Source: Stylophora pistillata
Taxonomy: Eukaryota
Reading direction: 5' to 3'
Assembly: GCF_002571385.2 (NCBI RefSeq)
Contig: NW_019217795.1
Span: forward strand, 524,767 to 588,766
DNA: 64,000 bases
The notes below the pieces were generated by a model, which did not search any database, had not been told where the DNA came from, and saw only the letters and a list, made by a program, of their open reading frames with translations. Made by a program: the position numbers and the translations under genes. This document shows, piece after piece, positions 36,901 through 50,408 of this stretch (positions are counted from its first letter, which is position 1; the number at the start of each line of letters is the position of its first letter).

Positions 36901-39900
36901 GAGCAAGCTTGGTTAATAAGAGATTTATTATACGACTGAAGTTCAAAGGGACACAAGTGCGGTATCATTCGGGACCATTCAGCACAGTCCCCGGTCCAAT
37001 ACTGAGAGAATATTAACCGGCAATAGAGCATTTTGATTGGTTGATTTTAGTTATTGGCCCTCTGACTGCCTGAGTCGTGTAATTAATTTTGATATCTGTA
37101 GGCCTATCATTCTTGTGACAGTAAGGAATCATGATGCAAGAACCAGAGATCTAAATGTCATCACGAAGTTCATCATTTACATTTTGGTAGGTGATCCTAG
37201 TTATTACAGCTGGCTAAAACTTGCAAACAAAAATGGTCTTGGTTGTTCATTAAAACCGCCTCCTGGTTAGCTCAATGGATAGCGCACTGGACTGTTGTGT
37301 GGGAGGTCAAGGGTTCGAGCCCCGGCCGGACCAACACCCAAGGTCTTAAAATAATTGAGAAGAATATGCTACCTTTCTATAACATCAAGAAATGGTTAGA
37401 TATTCTAGTCTTCTTGGATAGGAACGAATAAATGGAGGTCCCGTCTCCTGCAGGGTTGGGGTAGATTGGTTTAATAGGGGTAGGAGTCGTTATTTCCCAC
37501 ACACGAGATTACTGTGTGATGGATGTCCTCCCCTGGGGTGGGTTGGGTGGGAGTATTTAGCATGTGCACATTCTTACAAGCCTTGTTGTAAGCTCTTTTG
37601 TATTCAATGTGGATAAATATACTTACTATACACTACTATACTATACTATATTGTAAATAAAACAGGGTAATCAATACAATTCTAACCTTTTACACCATGA
37701 CATCAGTGTGCATATTCTCCATACTGTTCACCGTACATTTCCTAAAGTGCTGACAAGGAGAATTTGTTTAACAATCACAAGCTTCTTTAATTGGTGATCA
37801 TTTTTGTTATTCTTGTGACTATGACGTTTGATTCAGGGTAGGTATTGTAATGAGAAAATTGATGCTAGTCACTTTTAGGGTTTGATATGTGTGACAGTGC
37901 AAGTCAAAAGCATTAGGTACAGAGCACCTTAGTAAATTATTCCCTGTTGTTAATAGGAGGAAGCAACAAGAAGATGCGATGAAGATGTAATTGACAACCT
38001 ATGCATCACTTTTGATTTAAAGGTAAGTTGATTGTGTTATCCTTAAAAAAAAAAACAGCTAGTAGTTGACAGAATTAACTGGTTACTTAAAAAAAAATAC
38101 ATGAAGGTTGTCAGTGAGCCAGCTACTTTTTTTAAATAAAACTGAATTATTAGTTTGAATGAATTTATTATTGACTCTGTTTGATTTCATAATTCAAGAA
38201 GTGGGAATGCCAATTATGGTGATCTATATTAATTGTAGTTTGTCAAAGACCTGATATTTCAAGTAATATGTTAATGCTGCCTAACCAAAGCAATCATCAA
38301 AAAACACCTTCAGACTGAATTGTTGCAGTTTTTAGTGCACGAGGGGGTTTATGCTGATGTATATGTTGTAGTTCAATTTTGTATTTGGTTCAAATTTTAT
38401 TTTTCTTTTATTCTTGGTCATGTTAATGTATGATAATGAGTTTGAAACAAAGGAAAATAAAATTTGAACCAAGGATAAAATTGAACTACAACATATATAA
38501 TCTTGCTGATATATTATTCCTGAATTAGAAGCTAAATATTTTTATTATAGATTGTATCTGTTCGCCTTCTTTTCTCTATAGTGATTCTATTTAATTCCTT
38601 TCTTTTGTATTTATTGGCCTGTCCTCTCTTTATGTATTAATTTTCTAGCAGATATATTTTATGTTGTATAGATCTCAATAACTCTACACTAGCTAGATTA
38701 GCTAAGCTATTTGCAGTTAATTAACTCAAAATAAATTAAGAGTGAATTATAAGAACTGTTTGATCGGTAGGGTTTCACATTTAGCAACATGGACTATGGA
38801 TTTGTAAAGCAGCTCATTTGGCTTTTGTCCAGGCGATATCCTGAAAGACTTGGAAAGTGTTTGATTGTAAATTCACCGTTTATTTTCACTGGATGTTGGG
38901 CTCTCATAAGACTGTGGTAAGCTTCAATAAAGTTAGAAGCAACTATAATACTTGAGGAGAGGGTTGTCTAGGGGGAGGGAGTAGGGTACTCCTGAATTAG
39001 TGGACTGAATGGAAATATAAACAAAAATCAATTACTTTTGAATGTGGATTAGAATTCCTTGCAAAATGAGGTCCAAATTTGAAGCTGAGGACAACCCCAC
39101 AAAAACATCCCTGTGCATCTCCCAAGAAAAATCCAAAAAAATCGGCCAACAGTAAAAAGAAAAAAGAAGAAAACACAAACCAACACTGACTTTTATTAAA
39201 ATACACATCAAGATATTATCATGTTATAAAGACAGTTGATTAGGGAGGAAGTCAGTGGTAATGTTGTAATTAACAGCTATCTCTAATACAAATTAACCCT
39301 TTCACTTGGAAGATCTAAATTTCAATTCTCTACACCATCTCCCATACACATCTTTATCATTTTGATTCTGAGAATTTGGTGTTAAATCAGATATTATATG
39401 TTCATTGATTGCCTCATTCTTCTCCACACCCTTTTGCCCTAAACTGTATCGCAATTGTAAGGGAAGGTTCTGTTTCACTGGTCACCCCTGAAAGTGCAAG
39501 GGTGAAGGAAGATTACAGTTTCTGAAATTTTCTCAGATCACCCTAGAAGATCCAAGATTAAAGAAACCTTGACAGGTGTCTGTTGTAGCCCTTTGACTGC
39601 TAAGGGTGACCAGCATCTAATTTCTCCCAACAGTAACACCCCTGAATCAATCATTAAGGTCATGAGAATATAGCAAATGATCACAACTCAAGAAGCTCTT
39701 GATTGTCAGACAAATTCTCCTTGTAAGTACCTCAGGAAATGTATAGAGAACAGTATAGAGAACTTGCATCCTGATGTTAGGGTATCAAGGGTTAAATATA
39801 ATTCATTACTGATATTTGTTTTTCTGTTCAATTCATCAGGTTACATGAGGTGACATCTAACAAGATTGTTTTTATCAAGAATGAAGAACACCTCGCAGAA

Positions 39901-39939
39901 TTCATACCTCTTCATGCTCTTCCAAAATCCCTTTTTTGA
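33991..39939 (+). CDS. CRAL-TRIO (Sec14-like) lipid-binding domain protein, ~228 aa
   Basis: Exons 33991-34056, 34343-34369, 35520-35716, 37102-37186, 37957-38022, 38771-38916, 39840-39939. Motifs DSCLRRFLRG, DHRGRPI, FDLKGF, YPERLGKCLIVNSPFIFTGCW. Exons 1-2 are also duplicated at 29804-30182. Confidence 0.92.
35780..36100. mobile_element. Non-autonomous repeat with a TTATTAACCAAGC end and an internal inverted copy (relatives at ~27935-28300 and ~36777-37085)
   Basis: All three share the layout TTAT(T/G)(A/G)AC(C/T)AAGC ... AGCT.(C/G)GT(T/C)AATAA about 120-145 bp apart, followed by a unique tail. Confidence 0.55.
37255..37552 (+). mobile_element. Full-length tRNA-derived SINE
   Basis: A and B boxes; near-identical to 21445-21720, with a short insertion in the CGTCTCCTGC hairpin. 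Confidence 0.8.
38360..38497. mobile_element. Palindromic MITE
   Basis: TATATGTTGTAGTTCAATTTT...AAAATTGAACTACAACATATA. Confidence 0.7.
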
Positions 39940-42364
39940 AATAGTTTGTCTGAATTTTTAGTTTTTTGTTCTCTCACTCTTTTGAGGTAGCAGTCTGCCT
40001 TATTACCTCTAAGATCTAATTTCTAGCCAACACATTGTTTTCATGTTTGTTATTAATGTCTTAAGATGCTATAAGTACAGCTTTTGTTATTTATGTTAAA
40101 GATAAATTTAGATATTTAAAGAAGTGTTACCCATGCATAAAATCAATTGTTAGCTAATGTTAAACTTGTGTAAGAATGGCTTGTAACTCATATCAGGAAT
40201 TATTCTTCCTAAAAAGTGCAACAATTTTGATATATAATAGTAAACATCTTTCTGCTTTGCTAACGAGGTTAGAATTTTGATTTATGATCTTACCTTATTT
40301 GATGATTGAAATGGAAATTTGTGTAGTATTCCAAAATTTACACATACAATCCAAACACAACTACAACAGTCATTTCCACAATTACAATTGCAGTTATTTT
40401 GACATGTTCAGTTTATGTTAGCTGAAATATTCTAATTGTCTCATTCTACATGAGTAAGTTGTAATCACAAGCCTGCAATTAACTTCTTCCTTCTGCGAAG
40501 AACAAAGTGCTGTCAAATTAGGCAACATTTTAGTACATACTTGGCAAAACTGATGTAAGAAGTAATTTAGCTCTTCTTACAAAGTCAATTCAGAATTTTC
40601 ACTTCTCTCAAAATTGGAACTAATATTGAGACATATTCTCAACTACTGGCACCAGAACTGTTGACTTTTTTTCTGTAATTTTAACTTTTTATGATTTTTC
40701 TTGAGTCTCTGGTTTTGGGTTACATTTAAAAAGATGTCAGTAAAGAAAGCTCTATACAAAAAGTGTCTAGAGTGAAATGATCATAGGATTCAGAAAGTGG
40801 GATGACCTTTCGTAGCTTGGCCACCGTGGAGCAGTGGGTGTTGTAATATTTAAGTGAAGGTATTACCACTGCTTCATACCCTACATCATTAAAAATTGTT
40901 TTTTTTAAAGAGACTGTTTGGCTGTACTGAGTTTGCCATAATAAGAAATGCAACAAAGGAATGCAGTGATGTAATTTTATTTTATTGCTACTATTTCATA
41001 ACTGAGTACATTACACCTAATTAATTAATACCTTCAGAGGGTTTCAACATAGTAGCGAGAATGAAGAATGACACAAAATAAAATTTTCATCTGGTGCTGG
41101 AATACTTAATATTTGCTAATTTAATTCTATATTTTAGTCCTTTACCACCCATTATGATAGCTGAAGGTGCACCCGGAATAAAGCCTCTAGTAACCTTTGA
41201 TGAAACATTGACTTCTCCCCTGTTCCACTGAGGAATGTGGGGTGAATGTAAGTCATTCTGGGCTTTTTCCCAGGTATGCCTTAAATTGTGACAATTTGAA
41301 TGCCAAATTAAATTGCAATTTAATATTTTGTTCCCCATTTAAGGGTTAGAGATACCACTTGTAGCCAGTATGCTGTCCATTTAACACTCCATTTTGCAAG
41401 GAATGCTCTCTTAAAACTCAGTCTTTATACCTCCTCAAATTAAGATGCCACTGTAACATATGTCAAAAGTAAATTCATATCTTTCTTATTTGAGTCATAC
41501 ATTTAGCATCATATATTTGCATATGGAGTACGTTTGTAGATATTATGTTGTGATCGGATTATCCGTGTTTGATGTTGTTAATGATTTTTTTTTTTGGTGA
41601 TGTGATCATTAGAATTAGTTCATAAAAATATTGTCATTTTGCAGTTTAATATATTAAGCCAGAGAGTAAGCTCACATCGGTGCTGCAGCACAACTGGTAA
41701 AGTTGCCAGAGAGCAGTAAGGTGGCAAAGCAAGGCGGAGAGGAGTCACAACTTCACCAATTGGACCACAGCATTTCAAATAAAACCTGCATGCAGGCTAC
41801 AAAACATTGCATATAATAAAAACAGAAATAAAATAATTACCACATATTACTTTTAACCTTAAAGCATGCTCAACTTATTAAGTTACTTCTTTAGCATTAA
41901 ATTACACTTCTTGTTGAGGCAAATTTATTTACAAACTGAAAAGTGAGTGTTTCTCTTCTTAATTTCTACTCCAGGATCACAGACCCAGGAACAAATTAAT
42001 ATTTGCAGAGGAGTCTACGATTTTATTTAACATAATTTAATACTTTTGATAATATATTGACTCCAACATATTTGATGGACAAAATAATGAGTTGTGTTCT
42101 GCGAAAATTAAGCTGGAGGCAAACCAACTAAAAATTCAAATCAAGTTTCTAAGTCATTTCAATGTAACAAAATAAAATTTTTTTTATAAATAATACACGA
42201 ATTTTTCCAAAACATTACCATCTCTATAAACCACTAAAACAATCCCCAACTTTAAACACAATTATGTCTTGTGAAAAAATAAACTGCATCCCAAACACAC
42301 AATATACTCAACCACTTGATAACATAAACTTTTTTGAATAGGAAAATTTTTACTCTATTTCACA

Positions 42365-45300
42365 TTATTCACTAGTTCCATAAAGCGTTAACACCCATTT
42401 TGATACCGTGCCTGCATATCCTCCAGCTGAATCAGAGCCTTCATCCTCTTGCTGCAATAAACTATCTAGATCACCCTCATCTTCAGCCACTGGGAACACC
42501 TGATCACGCATGTAATCTTTTCCAAACCGGCCATGATGTATTTCATCATGATAGCTGTCATAATCATCCACGATTTCATCGCGTCGCGCTTTCAACAGGT
42601 CATGTTGTATTAGAACCTTCTCTCTCTCTTCAATATCTGGTTTTGATGGTGCACTTGTAGACTTCTTGTTATGATGGAATCTTAGAATCCATGTACCTTT
42701 TGGGGACTCATCCCAGAAGTGCACAGTCATGAAAGCCCAGTCATTCAGTCCAAATGTGTCCTTATCATTGCGGCGAACAGAAAGTAACTGACTTGTCATT
42801 TTTCCTGGGGAGGTGAGATCTATGCTGATATCACCACGGAATGCCTTGGATAACCTGAAGCTGACAGTGACCTGTACGTGTTCCAGTTTCTCAATGTCAC
42901 ATGCATCTGTGTTGAGGCTCAGCTCCAGGCTACCTCGTAATGGAATATGTCCATCCTTTATAGGGCCAATTACTGAACAATTCTGCTGTTCCCCTACTGG
43001 AATCCAATTCAATGCTGCACTCACCATTTTGGCAGCATTAAGACGACCAAATCCAAACTTGTGATTCACCAACAAACCGGCAGCATTCTTGATCCATCCT
43101 TCATCTTTTGGACTGGTCTTCAATGCAGTTTTCACAACAATGTGTTGAAGATCGCGCCACGTCAGATTTCGGTTTGCTTCCAGAACCAAAGCAAAGATAC
43201 CAGAAGCCAGTGGAGCAGCTGATGAAGTGCCACGGAACCTTGTTGTGCATTTATGCTTAAGATCAGTGGTGACTAGGTCAGCTTCACTAGAGCCACCGCG
43301 GTGAGTGTCTCCCGTGTAAGTTACTGCCATAGTAGATGAACACTGCTCATCATAGTAAGTGGACAGACCATATCGACTGACGGCTCCAATAGATATTGTG
43401 TAGATACTTGATGTGTAGCCATCTGCATTGCAGTCATCGTCAGCAAGACCTCCATTACCAGTAGCCCAAACAAATACACTTCCTTTCCCTGGGGAGAAAT
43501 AATAAACAATTTTGGGTATACCAATTGTAGTGACTGGGTATTTGAGATTTCTTCAATGTAACAACGAGGATGTGTACAGCACTTGCCTTTAAATGGCAGC
43601 CAACTACATTAACCCTTTACACCCTAACATCAGTATGCATATTCTCCATACTGTTCTCTATACATTTCCTAAGGTGCTGACAAGGAGAATTTGTTAAACG
43701 ACCAAGAGCATTTTCAGCTAGAGATCTAATCCTTTATTCTCGTAACCTTACTGTTAGATTTAGAGGAGATATCATAGAGAGAAATAAGATGCTCAGTCAC
43801 TCTTAGTAGTCAGTGAGTTATAACCTGAAGTCACTGTCACACTTAGGACTTTCCCCCTCTAGTCATCAATTTGGGATTGATGCGTTACCCTTGATTGAAA
43901 GTGACTCTCACTGATGAAACAGCAAAGAAAGTGAAGTACAAATTTGCTTAAAATAAATCAAAGGCACAAGACAAGTAACCTGGTGCCTAAAATCAGATCA
44001 CGCTCACGACCACCCCTCCCCCCTCCTCCTGCTCCGCGCAGATTCTTTGTTGCAAGGCTACTGTATTTAATAATATAAAATAGCTTCCTGCAAATTGTGT
44101 TTTCTAAACTTCACATTTTCTCAAGAGTGAACCAAACCCACAAACTCCTTAGTTTTTCTTCAGGCATTAGACAGATAGACATAATTGTTTGGAAAGGGAA
44201 AGTTAAATTTGTGTTTAGAACCAAAATGTTGTAACCCTATTATCAAATCCCAATTTGTAAAGGATTCATTTACACTCAGCTGTCAAAAGTTAGAAATGTG
44301 TTGGCTGAATAAACAATGAGTGCTTTATTAAATACTGTGTTGTTTTACCAGTCACCAAACCGTAGAAGCTTGTAAAACTGAAGCATATCTGCCAGTAAAA
44401 GACCTCTGTTTTCAAGGTCCTGACGCTGTTGTGTAAGCTAAATAACTTTTAAAAACATCCGTGTTAAGAAAATTTTTGTTGTGGTTTCAAGTGGTCAGCT
44501 AACCTTTACGAAAAAAATATTTTACGGAAAAGAAGGTTAAAGAATTTCCTTCTACGAATATTTCGCCTCGATACTGGTTAGTTAATACAAACACTGTACA
44601 TTTTCCTCCCAATAATAATGATTCTTAATGATAACCTCTTAATTTTCCCTCGCATTTCCAGGCTAGATCCTTATCGGAATAAAGTCATTCTAAATTTCAT
44701 TTGTAATGACAAATGAAGACTTCCTTCCTTCTTTCCTTTTGTGGACAATAGAGAAGCTGTGAACAGTTTAAATGCGAGTGGGTGAGCCTACGAAATAACA
44801 TACGTCAAGAAAACTTTTAAACACCCACGCATACTTAATGAATCTCCGGAATATAACATATGGAATCAGAGCAGAAAGTAAAATATAAATTCTTAATTTT
44901 AAGTTAAAAAGAGAGCTGTAGGAAATTTCTGTCTCAGAATACAGCGAAAACTATTCAACCGAAAATTAACAATTCGATATATAAAATCTAGTCTCTGTGA
45001 TAATCAAAACGAAACCTGGCTCTGAGGTTTAAATATCAATAATTAATGACGATCAATGAACTCAACATTCTGAATACTAAGTCTGGCGCAAGCTATCTAA
45101 AGTTGATTTATTTTACAAGGAAAACATGATCTTGATTTTCTCTTTGAAGTAAAGTTTTCTCCCGATCGACGTTGACAAGAACTAATAAATCATCTTTGTG
45201 CCTGAAAATTAAGTTTACATGGCCGTTGTCAAATTAGTTTAGCTTACCTCCTCGACCGTACTTAGCGCCATCTTCAAACGATTGCCTTCCCAAAGGTCCT

Positions 45301-46232
45301 GGCCTTCCAAAGGTCTTTCCGTCGTCTTTCGGTCCCCAACAATTACTGTAAATATCGATGTAGTCACGTCGAAAGCCTAAAGCGGTTGCTTCTAATAAAT
45401 CTGTTGCTGTACCGTCGAGCATTCGAATGCCGCCAAGATTGACGTTAAAAGCTACTCCGACTCCGCATTCGTTGTTATCTTCTTGAGCACCTACTTCACC
45501 AGCACATTTCGTACCGTGCGCGTTGTACGGATCGTTGTCATTCGGAAATGGATCGTCGTCGTCGTCATTTAGGTCTCTACTTGCGTATGGATCATAGTTT
45601 CTCTTCAAATCAGGATGTGTGTGATCTAAACCATCGTCGAGAATACTGACAACAACACCTTTGCCTGTTATGCCGCGGCGCCAAACATCGAGTACCCCTA
45701 TATCAGCTCCGACTAAATGTTCATCAGTTTGACCCCAATTCGCCAAATACCACTGCTTTTCCCATCCAGGATCGTTAAATATTCTCTTGTATCGCAGTTC
45801 TCGGTATTTTCTCTCCAATTCTCTTTCTTTTAGGTAACTCTCTGGCAAGAAGTCGCGCTTGTTTCGTTCTAGAACGCGTTGTTGTTCGGCCCATACGATC
45901 CTTGGATGATCGTTGAGTTGACGAGTTCTCTCTGTCGCTCGTCGCCTCAAACGAGCGCTTGTTCCTTCGTGCAAGAACCTGAAAACACGGGGCAAGCTGT
46001 CAATTCTACCATTGTGTTTCAAATCAAAATTTCTCGCTATTTCGTCAGCAAGGTCGGAGTCGTCCTCGTCCAGTTCGACCGCCCAGATATTTGTGTACAG
46101 AGGTCTATCATCTTCTCGGAGGTCACCGAGATGCTCATAATCTTGAAATTCTTCGATTTCATACTGAAAGACGGGTAGAATCAAAACCACTACAAGAAGT
46201 AGCGACTTGAAAAGACGTTTTCTAAGAATCAT
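42365..46232 (-). CDS. PC1/3-like proprotein convertase A (kexin/furin family S8B), ~702 aa, no TM segment
   Basis: Exons 46232-45248 and 43488-42365. Signal peptide, prodomain, RNKR site, catalytic D (ILDDG), H (HGTKCAGE), oxyanion N (GNGG), S (GTSSAAP), P domain with RGD, ending WVLTLYGT. Confidence 0.95.
43609..43821. mobile_element. Abundant ~200 bp piggyBac-like MITE family (other copies near 12378-13188 interrupted, 25835, 26762, 28640, 36125, 36525, 37683, 39293, 39588)
   Basis: TTAA-CCCTTT...AAGGG-TTAA type ends and a shared core ATTCTCC...ACATTTC...GGAGAATTTG. Confidence 0.7.
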
Positions 46233-49200
46233 TTGAAAGGATTCACCCACGGAGAAGATTCTCCGTTCCTAACTGTCGCGGTAACCACAATTTTAAAATT
46301 TCGGCTTTATATACACACTGCGACCGAAAGGTATCATACAGACCGGCTGTTAATTTTCACAACACCCTCACGCGAAGCCGAAACAGGAAATAACCCTGGG
46401 TAGGACAGCCGTAGCCTTTTTCCTTTGCAACAGCAATGCAATGATTTGGTGACAGCTAAAAGCTGTTCTTATTTATTACCTTAATGTTCATTTTTGCTCG
46501 GAAAATGCGTCCAAGTTTCTAAATTTATCAAATTGATAGGTAATTTGTGTGACATTAAATTGGTGTATTGCAGTATCCCCTCCCATCGTTAAATTGTATA
46601 TAGCTACGCTACATTTCATTGGTTGGCTGGGAGGGAAAAATAGTAAAATAGCGCGGAAGATTGATTGACAAAATGCAAATAATCGCTAATCAGCGAGAAA
46701 GTTTTATTTCAAGGTGGACAGAAAGACAGCACTTGAATAAATAAATCTGCAATCGTTTGTTTGAAGTTTGAGCCAAAAATAAATAATGGTATGGCCGGCA
46801 CAGATATTTTAAACTCGTTGGAAAACCTAAACGAGCGCCAAGCACTGTCAATTCCATGTAAGAGGAGAAAGAGGATTATTGTGTACTGTTCTCTTTAAAT
46901 CTAAAAATATAATTCTTTGGTTCCAGCTGTTGAGAAAATTGCGAAATCATCATCAAAGCGAATCTACTGAAATGGAAGTAATCTTCCACGGGAATTAAAA
47001 TTTGTTTATTTTCTAGCCCTCATACATATGATTTTAAGAAGGGAAATGGTATAATTTTTCTATTCGAGTAAGAATGCTGACAAAAGTTTTGAAATTTCAG
47101 TGAAAAAGAAATCGAAACAACACTATTCGTGAAGTGTTAGAGGCAGCTGTGTGTCGTTTGTGATTGTCACCCAGAAGAAGGCGTTGATGATAAGAAACTT
47201 TAGGCGACGTGAGTGTAAGCAATAATTAGAAAAATTAAAACAAAAACTCAGAGAGAAAGGTGCTCTTTTTCAGCCGATATGATTAGAAAGAGCCGTGTAT
47301 TAAATAGAAAGGAAAGAGCTCTAATGTTTATACGGGACCTGAATTGAAGGCTATTGTGATTAGAAAGTCAGGTTAATTTCAAAAACTTCAATTGCTTTCT
47401 TTTTCATGTAAAACAGAAGAAATATGAAACAAAGCAGTACTGTCAACTCACACTAATTTTATTTTCAGATTCATTTCGAGAATCGTCGCACGGTCGTGGA
47501 AAAAGAAGAATCGAGTACTGCGATAAAACCGTTATTTCGGATAAGTGAATGAACTTTAGTCTCTCCGCAGGTGCGAGCGAAGATTTTGTTTTTGATGGAT
47601 AATGGAAGACATGATTGTGTCAGCTGGTGCCCGCTTAAATGGCATGGTTTATGATAATATATTTTTTTCTTGTGGCTGAGTTCGTCGTCGAATCTGATAA
47701 AAATCTCAAACCGAACAGGAGTGTGCCACGTAGTTGAAAATATCAAAAAAGGCAGTTTTTAGTGTTGGGCTGTGACTCTTCTCAGTTCCAAGAGGTTATT
47801 TCCACCAACATTTGTCGCGGCGAAATGACTGTACCCCTATTTCAGCCACATAAAGTTTCGTGAAAAGAAAACGAGTTTGTCACGTACTCAATTTAAGCTT
47901 TTTTCAAGAGGAGTTTATAACGGAATATATATTTACAACAACAGTGAGAAGAAAAATATATTTTGATATCTATTAACTACCTAATTTCACCAGCATCTTT
48001 TCTTTCTGTTAATAAAAGCTGTTACAATGCTAGCTTTAAATTAAAGCTTTTTTTAAATTAAAAAAAAAAAAAAAAACGTTTCCTTCCTTTCTATTACATG
48101 AGTGAAGTTCCTCCAAGCTTCAACGGATAAATTTAGAGACTGAGATCAGCTTTATAAACCACTGACATATGAGGGAAATGCTGTTTCATCTGCATCCGAC
48201 TTGGCGCTCGTGTCGTGTACATTTTCAAACAGTAGGTAAAACAGACGGAGAACATTCTTTAGCGAAGAAGGTTAATTTTAATTTTTAGTGGGAACTCGAA
48301 AGAACCGAAACATTTTAATTTGGATTAGAACTGGCAAGTAGAAGCATTCTGCAGTAGGTAACATCCTATATGTTTTTGCGACATTTCTGCTTTGTCATGT
48401 TAGCTGCCGGGGTCGTGTGTGCATGCATGGTATTTCTGCTGGGGTTGAAAAGGCCGAAAAGCAACAGCATTTACCGTATACAATTTATTCTCTCTTTATC
48501 TCAGCGCACACAAAACATTGTGATGCTCTTACAACAGAATAAAAGAATTATGACTTTCAACCAGTCAAGGAGTAAATAACTGCCTTCACAAATAACAACA
48601 GAAACAAAAGCTCTGAACCAATAATGAATGAAGACTTTCATTTTATTTTATTAATAAGATTTATCTTAACTTGCAGAAAATTATAAACTGAATACGTCAT
48701 CCAAAATTGCTTTACCCCGCGTAGCTTCAAGGAAGAAAATATAATTTTTGGTTCGTGTTTGTTATTTTCACGAGTGTTTATTAAATATTTGACGGTATAG
48801 CCTTTGAGATTTTTTTAATGCTAAAAAAGGGAAGGCACAAATTTAAAACTATTGAAAGACTCTTGGGACAAGAATAAAATCTGAGTTCCTTTTGAGGATA
48901 ACCACAGTTTGACCTTCAGATTATCAGTCGAACACTTTCAGTGTCACTAAATACTTTGACTTAAAATGTTCCATCTTAAATACTTTACCAGGTAGAGCTA
49001 TAAATATTCATTCACTAAGTTTCGAACATTTCTTCTAAAACATAAAAACACGCAGTTTCCTTCATTTTCGTCAACGCACAACATCTTTAAATTAGAAATA
49101 TTTACAAATTAATCGAATGAAGCCTTACACGACAACATCAAGGATGATCGGCGAAAGCTCGAATTTGTGAAACATTTTACTTTTTACAGCAGTGTAAGGC

Positions 49201-50408
49201 TTCATTCGATTAATTTGTACATATTTCAGCAATGCTGCTGAAGGACAACGTGAACAGATTATCTTTAAATTAGAATTCCCTTTTCCCCGTAGAAGCTGGT
49301 CCCCCCTCACTGCCCAGCCCTAAAACCCTTTGTGAAAAGCTCGTTTCTCTCGATTGTGAAAAATATTTTGTTCCAAATTGAAACTCTGAACAGCTTGATC
49401 GCCTGGTGCACTGATATATCGCAATGTCTACGGTAGAGAAGGCAAAAGTTTTCTTTGCATTCACAAATAATAATAAAACTTGCCAAAAATTCAAATGGAA
49501 AAGAGAAAACCTCGTCAACCGGGCATTGCCAGAGGAAATGCGGGGGAACATGATTACTTAGCAATACCTGAATGCCCTTTTTTTAAAGACAAGCCTCACC
49601 GTAGTAATTGTAAATCTCAAACATCCCAATAATTTGACAATATTTAAATATGACGAAGGGAAAATATCATCTCACGTAAAACCCTGGAAATTTGTTATCG
49701 ATGAGGCTCTTACTTCACTCCATGAACTAGTGACAATCATTATAATTCGTTGATTTCAATACAATCATACTGAATCCCCGAAGAAGATGAGAAGATAGAT
49801 TCTTAAAGATTCTTACACCAAATGGGACTGTTCCCCGTATTTTTCTCCCGTTTATAAGTCCTTTATCTCCTTAAAATGATTAACTTACAACTTCTCCATA
49901 TATTAATGATAGCTAATTTAGTAAAATGGCGACGAGAACAGATGAACTTATCAGATAGTAAGCGTTATCTTGATATACTCGCAAATCCCCTTTGCTAATC
50001 TGCAGGAAATGTATAAGCAACCCCGGTCCCAGGTCTGTCTTTAGGAACGCGAAGAAAAAGGAGTCTGGACACAAGTTTAAAGAGTAGTCTACAGTAAATA
50101 ATTGTTAATCTGTCTTGGGAGACGAAGGCTCAATTCGCCTCGCCTGCAGAACAGGCATCAATTCTTTTCTTTTTTTTTTTTTTCCTTTTTTTTTTTTTTT
50201 TTCCTGTTTTTTTTTTTCCTGTTTTTTTTTTTTTTTCTCGAGGAGTCCTCTTACGCGCGACACGCCTTTCGCGTTTCCCACGCGCTTCCTTGTGCTACTT
50301 CAACTCCACTGAAAAACAATAAAAAAAACTCACTCCTTCTACAGGCTCTTAATACACCATGACGATCTGCTCTTAGACGCTTTTTACTATGACCCTCTAT
50401 TATAAGAT

